Source of the DNA: Tricharina praecox
Lineage: Eukaryota
Direction of reading: 5' to 3'
Length of the DNA: 64,000 nucleotides
Assembly (NCBI RefSeq): GCF_024521635.1
Contig: NW_026250407.1
Location: 124,001-188,000 of the forward strand
The position numbers were made by a program, and so were the translations under genes. This document shows positions 59,729 to 64,000 of this stretch, in pieces. How positions within the stretch are numbered: position 1 is the first letter of the stretch; the number at the start of each line of letters is the position of its first letter. The notes beneath the pieces are model-generated. The model was not told the origin of the DNA and did not search any database. It saw only the letters and a list, made by a program, of their open reading frames with translations.

Positions 59729-62700
59729 ATGTCGACCTCCTCCGGCGGCGGCGGTCACGACCCCCACAACGACCCCCACAACACCCCAATCCCCCTCCAA
59801 GACCTCACGCACACCCTCACGCACACCCTCTCCGACTCCCACCCGCGCAGCCGCTCCGCCAGCCGCAGCCGCTCGCTCCTACACCACGGCGCGGATCTCG
59901 GGCGCAGGCTGAGTACGCACCTGCGACGGCGCAGCAGCTACGACCGGCTCGAAGGTGGCGGCGGGCCGGAGGCGCCGTTGGGGGTGCCGGATCTGCAGGT
60001 GCCTTCGTATGGATGCGGGGGGTACGCTGGGTATGGGGGGGATGGTTATGGAGGTGATGAAGTCCAGCGCATGAGGGGCGAGGTGGATGAGGCGCTGGGA
60101 AGCGTGAGGGGACGGGGGAGCTGGTTGCCGGGGAGGAAGGCGAGTACTGCGAACTCTGGGAGGGAGAGGGAGGCAAGGAGTGGGTCCACCGCTGGGGCGA
60201 GTACGGCAAGCGGGCGTACCGCGCATCTGAGTGAGCCGGTAACGTCGACGACGGCGTTGGGGTTGAGGTTGGGGCTGGGGTTGGGGTTGCCGCCGTATGG
60301 AGATGATGATGACGACGATAACGACGGGTATGGATACGGCGATATTGGCTACGCAGGCGGCGGCGGGGTCCGGGGGTCTTCCGGGTCGGGCGGGGTGGGT
60401 GGTGTGGGTGGTATGGGTGTCGACGACGACTCGGCGCCGCTGGCGGACAACCAGGCGCCCATCGCGGGGACAGAAAAGCGGCTGTCGACGCAGTCGGTGC
60501 GGTTTGCGCCGGGGACGTCGTTGGGCGACGACCTGCACGCGGCCGAGGAGGGGCTGAGCCGGAGCCTTAGTAAAGCGTCGGGCAGCACGCGGTCGGGCTC
60601 GTTCATTCGCCCCTCGCCGTCGCGGACGGGTTCGGGAAGCAGATCCCTCTCCCCCGGGGCGTCGCCAGTGCGAAGAGTCTCCATGGCCGTCCAGAACATG
60701 TCCCAGCGCGTGGTCAATCTGAGTAACGACCCCGAGGCCGTCGAACAGACGATAAGAAGGAAGGGCTCGAATAAGAGTTATTCCGAAAGCAGACGGACGA
60801 GTGTGCCAGAGATCGAGATTGAGGATGTGGGAGATGGAGATGGCGGCGCGAGCGGCGATCGAGGCTCCCAGCTGGAGAAGCCAAAGCTGCTGAGAAAACC
60901 GTCGCAGGAACGAAGACCGTGGAGGGAACAGGTCAATCCGCTCAAGGGAAATACTCTCAGGATTTTCTCGCCGACCAGTCGCGTCAGGCTGATTCTGTGT
61001 GATGTGCTCATTCATCCGTGAGTTTGATGAGATCTCGGGAAGGGAGTGCGCGAGACGGGGGCTGACAGGTGTTATTCAGCGCGATCGAGCCGTTGATTTT
61101 GCTTTTGATCTTGGTCCAGACAATACTGCTCACGATTGATTCGGCTCCGAGTGTCTTCGACGACCCGAGAGCTAAGAGCTGGGGAACTTCGCCAATTGAT
61201 TATGCCTTGCTCGTCCTCTTCAGTATATACACGTAAGAATCCTCCATGCATCGGAGGTCTGTATTCGGTTTTGACACAAGTAGAATCGAAATCGTTGCGC
61301 GATGTATTGTCTCTGGCGTCTTTATGAATCCCGTCCAGGAAGATGATCCAGAAGCAAGAGGTGGTCTCCGCCGGAGGATCGTCTTGAAGGCGAAAACTTT
61401 TTTGACGCCCAAAAGGGTCGATAATATACGTGCAGTCTCGCCGACCAGAATGGACGAACCACCATCGCTCATGCGGTCCATCACGCAACTCAACATGGCG
61501 GAAGGATCGGACGCTCCCGGGTCGGGATCCATACAATCGCAAGCCCGATTCCGGCTCGCTAGACGAGCGTTTCTCCGCCACTCTTTCAATCGCTTGGACT
61601 TTGTAGCCGTGATCTCGTACTGGATATCGCTTGGGCTGTGTGTATCCGGACTCGAGGCGGAGCGCCACCTCTACGTGTTCCGCATGATGAGCTGTTTGCG
61701 CATCCTGCGGCTGTTGGGAATTACCAGTGGAACCTCGGTCATCCTGCGCAGTCTGAAGAAGGCCGCCCCGCTGCTCGTCCACGTCGCCTTCCTGATCGGC
61801 TTCTTCTGGTTGGTGTTTGCCGTCATCGGCGTGCAGAGCTTCAAGGGCTCGCTCGAGAGAAACTGCGTCTGGGTTGATCCTGAGGGGCTGCAGCCGAACT
61901 ACACGCAGGAGTTTCAGTTCTGCGGCGGATACATGGACCCGTTGACCGGAAGGTCGAGGCCGTTTCTACTCAGGGATGGAATCACGCCCGGCGCGAAGAA
62001 GGCGAAGGGGTACATTTGTCCGCCGAATTCGCTGTGCATGGTCGTTGGGAATCCATATGCTGGCACTGTCAGCTTCGACAATATCGTCCAGAGTCTGGAA
62101 CTCGTCTTTGTTGTCATGACGGCGAATACGTTCTCGGACCTCCTGTACTACACCGCTGATAGTGATTACTTGGCTGCTTCTTGCTGTGAGTGCGCTTGAG
62201 TGAATGCGAGGGAGTGGTTGCTGATTGGACACAGTTTTCATTGCGGCGATTATCATTCTGGCGTTTTGGTTGGCGAATTTGGTAAGTGTTCAGCTCTCTG
62301 GGATCAGCGGACAGCTCTAATGGTGTGAACAGTTGATTGCAGTCATTACATCCTCGTTTCAAGTCATCCGGGAGGAATCCAGTAAGAGCGCCTTCTCCGC
62401 AGACGACGTTTCATCCGTCCACAACAACGACGGCCAGGCGGAGCGGAAGCCGAGCACGCTCAAGAAGATCTACGATCTCTCGCGCCACCTCTGGATCGTC
62501 GTCATCGGGGCGGGATTGTTTGCGCAGACGTTCCGCAGTGCCCGGATGCGCGAAAGGGAAGAGAGGATGATTGATCGGGTTGAGGCCAGCGTCACGTTGA
62601 TCCTTCTCTTCGAGATCATCTTCCGGTTCGTCTCGGACTGGAGAGGGTTTCACACCAAGCGGAGGAACTGGGTGGATCTTTTCCTGGCCGTCATCACCTG

Positions 62701-64000
62701 CATCATACTACTCCCGCCGGTGCGACACGGCGGAAGGATCTACGACTGGCTCACCGCCTTCCAGATCCTGCGGGTATACCGGCTGGTCTGGGCGATTCCG
62801 GTGACGCGGAACCTTCTGGCCAAGGTTTTGGGTAACGTCTCGGGCCTGTTCAACTTGATATTCTTTGTGATCCTCCTCACGTTTCTCTGCGCGCTGTTTG
62901 CTGTGCAAATCGTCAGAGGCGATATTCCGGCAGAGATCGGGGGCGAGACGACGCCTGTCAGCTTCTTTACCATCTTTAATGCCTTCCTGGGAATGTACCA
63001 GGTGTTCTCGAGCGAGGATTGGACGTCGCTGCTGTACATGGCTACTGAGGCACAGCAGCCGTACGGTGTCGGTTGGATCAGTGCTATGTTCTTTATTGGG
63101 TGGTTCATTCTTGGGAACTGTAAGTTGTCCCTCCGATCTTCCGACGTGATTTGTGCTGATGCGGTCTACAGTCATCGTGTTGAACATGTTTATTGCTGTC
63201 ATCCAGGAGAATTTCGATGTTACAGAGGACGAGAAGCGGATGCACCAAGTCAAGGCGTTTCTACAGAACAAGAGCTACAGGGCGCCCACCCAAGGACTCA
63301 AACTCTCGTCACTGTTCTCGTCAAAGAAGAACAAGATGAACACGGAGGCCGCGCAATCCAAGCAGGCCGCGTTCGAGATGTTGACCAAACAGGCGATCGT
63401 CGAGTCGTTCCTCGACGAGGGAGAACACCAACATCGCCAGGATGTCACGGCAGGAGCCAAGTTTGCCGTCGCCGCCGCCGTCGAGAACCTGCAGATGCAG
63501 GAGGAGAAGCGGAAGAGGTTCTATAAGCGGTGGTTTGCCAAGGCCAAGGGCGTGTGGAGGGATCGCGAGACGAACCCGTTCTACTCGTTCCAGTCGCGGT
63601 CCGTGGCGGATCTGGCGCCGACGGCGCTGGCGCAGGAGGTGGTCACTGAGGCGGAACGGAGGAAGCGCGCACAGAGGGAATACCTGGCTAAGCACCCTAA
63701 TTACAATGTCTCGCTGTTCATCTTCGGTCCTCAGAACCCGATCAGGCGCATGTGTCAGAGGATGGTGGGGCCCAGTCGTGCTAACGTCAGATATGCTGGT
63801 CTGCCTCCCAACACCACGATCAGTTACGCGTTTTCGATCATCATCTACTGTGCCATCGTGGCCATGGTTGTGTTGGCTTGCTTCACTACGCCGCTCTACC
63901 AGAAGGAGTATTTTTCCAAGAATGGGAATTCGCGCAAGAACTGGTTTACTCTGGTGGACGCGGGATTTGTGGTGCTGTTCACGTTTGAGTCGGCAATCAA
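59729..64000 (+). CDS. CCH1: Voltage-gated-like calcium channel alpha subunit, 5' part; runs off the window
   Basis: PLKGNTLRIF, RRAFLRHSFNRLDF, S4 segment LRILRLL, pore loop I MTANTFSD, S6 AVITSSFQVIREE, pore loop II FSSEDW and NMFIAVIQENFD; domain III begins near the window end. Confidence 0.96.

Noticed and set aside
62110..63030. Unusual CCH1 selectivity filter
   Set aside because: Asn in domain I and Glu in domain II match the usual fungal Cch1 pattern; domains III and IV pore loops are outside the window.

Overview
Eukaryotic, intron-rich DNA from a filamentous ascomycete. The introns are short GT..AG type with CTRAC/CTRAT branch sites and the coding DNA is GC-rich; Pezizomycetes is a plausible but unproven placement. 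I can build 18 gene models by hand: alkaline ceramidase, OPI3, a CorA-like GMN-motif protein, beta-tubulin, ARG1, an Apq12-like protein, TRM8, GID4/VID24, a large Ser-rich protein, GCN20, a small type I membrane protein, NAS6, a long-chain-base kinase, a chromodomain-bearing Clr4/DIM-5-type H3K9 methyltransferase, a VSB1-like SulP-STAS-cNMP transporter, a PH-domain protein, a UBTD/DC-UbP protein and the 5' part of CCH1. I saw no tRNA, rRNA, transposase or CRISPR array. Most of the window is core housekeeping DNA. The best leads are: the methyltransferase with an N-terminal chromodomain whose aromatic cage looks degenerate; a GID4 that begins with a Pro/N-degron-like M-P-T; a structured long intron in the VSB1-like gene; a CorA-like protein with a STAND-like helical insert; and TGACTCA sites at two ARG1 branch-site positions. 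Exon boundaries were read by eye and all family calls come from motif recognition, not database searches.
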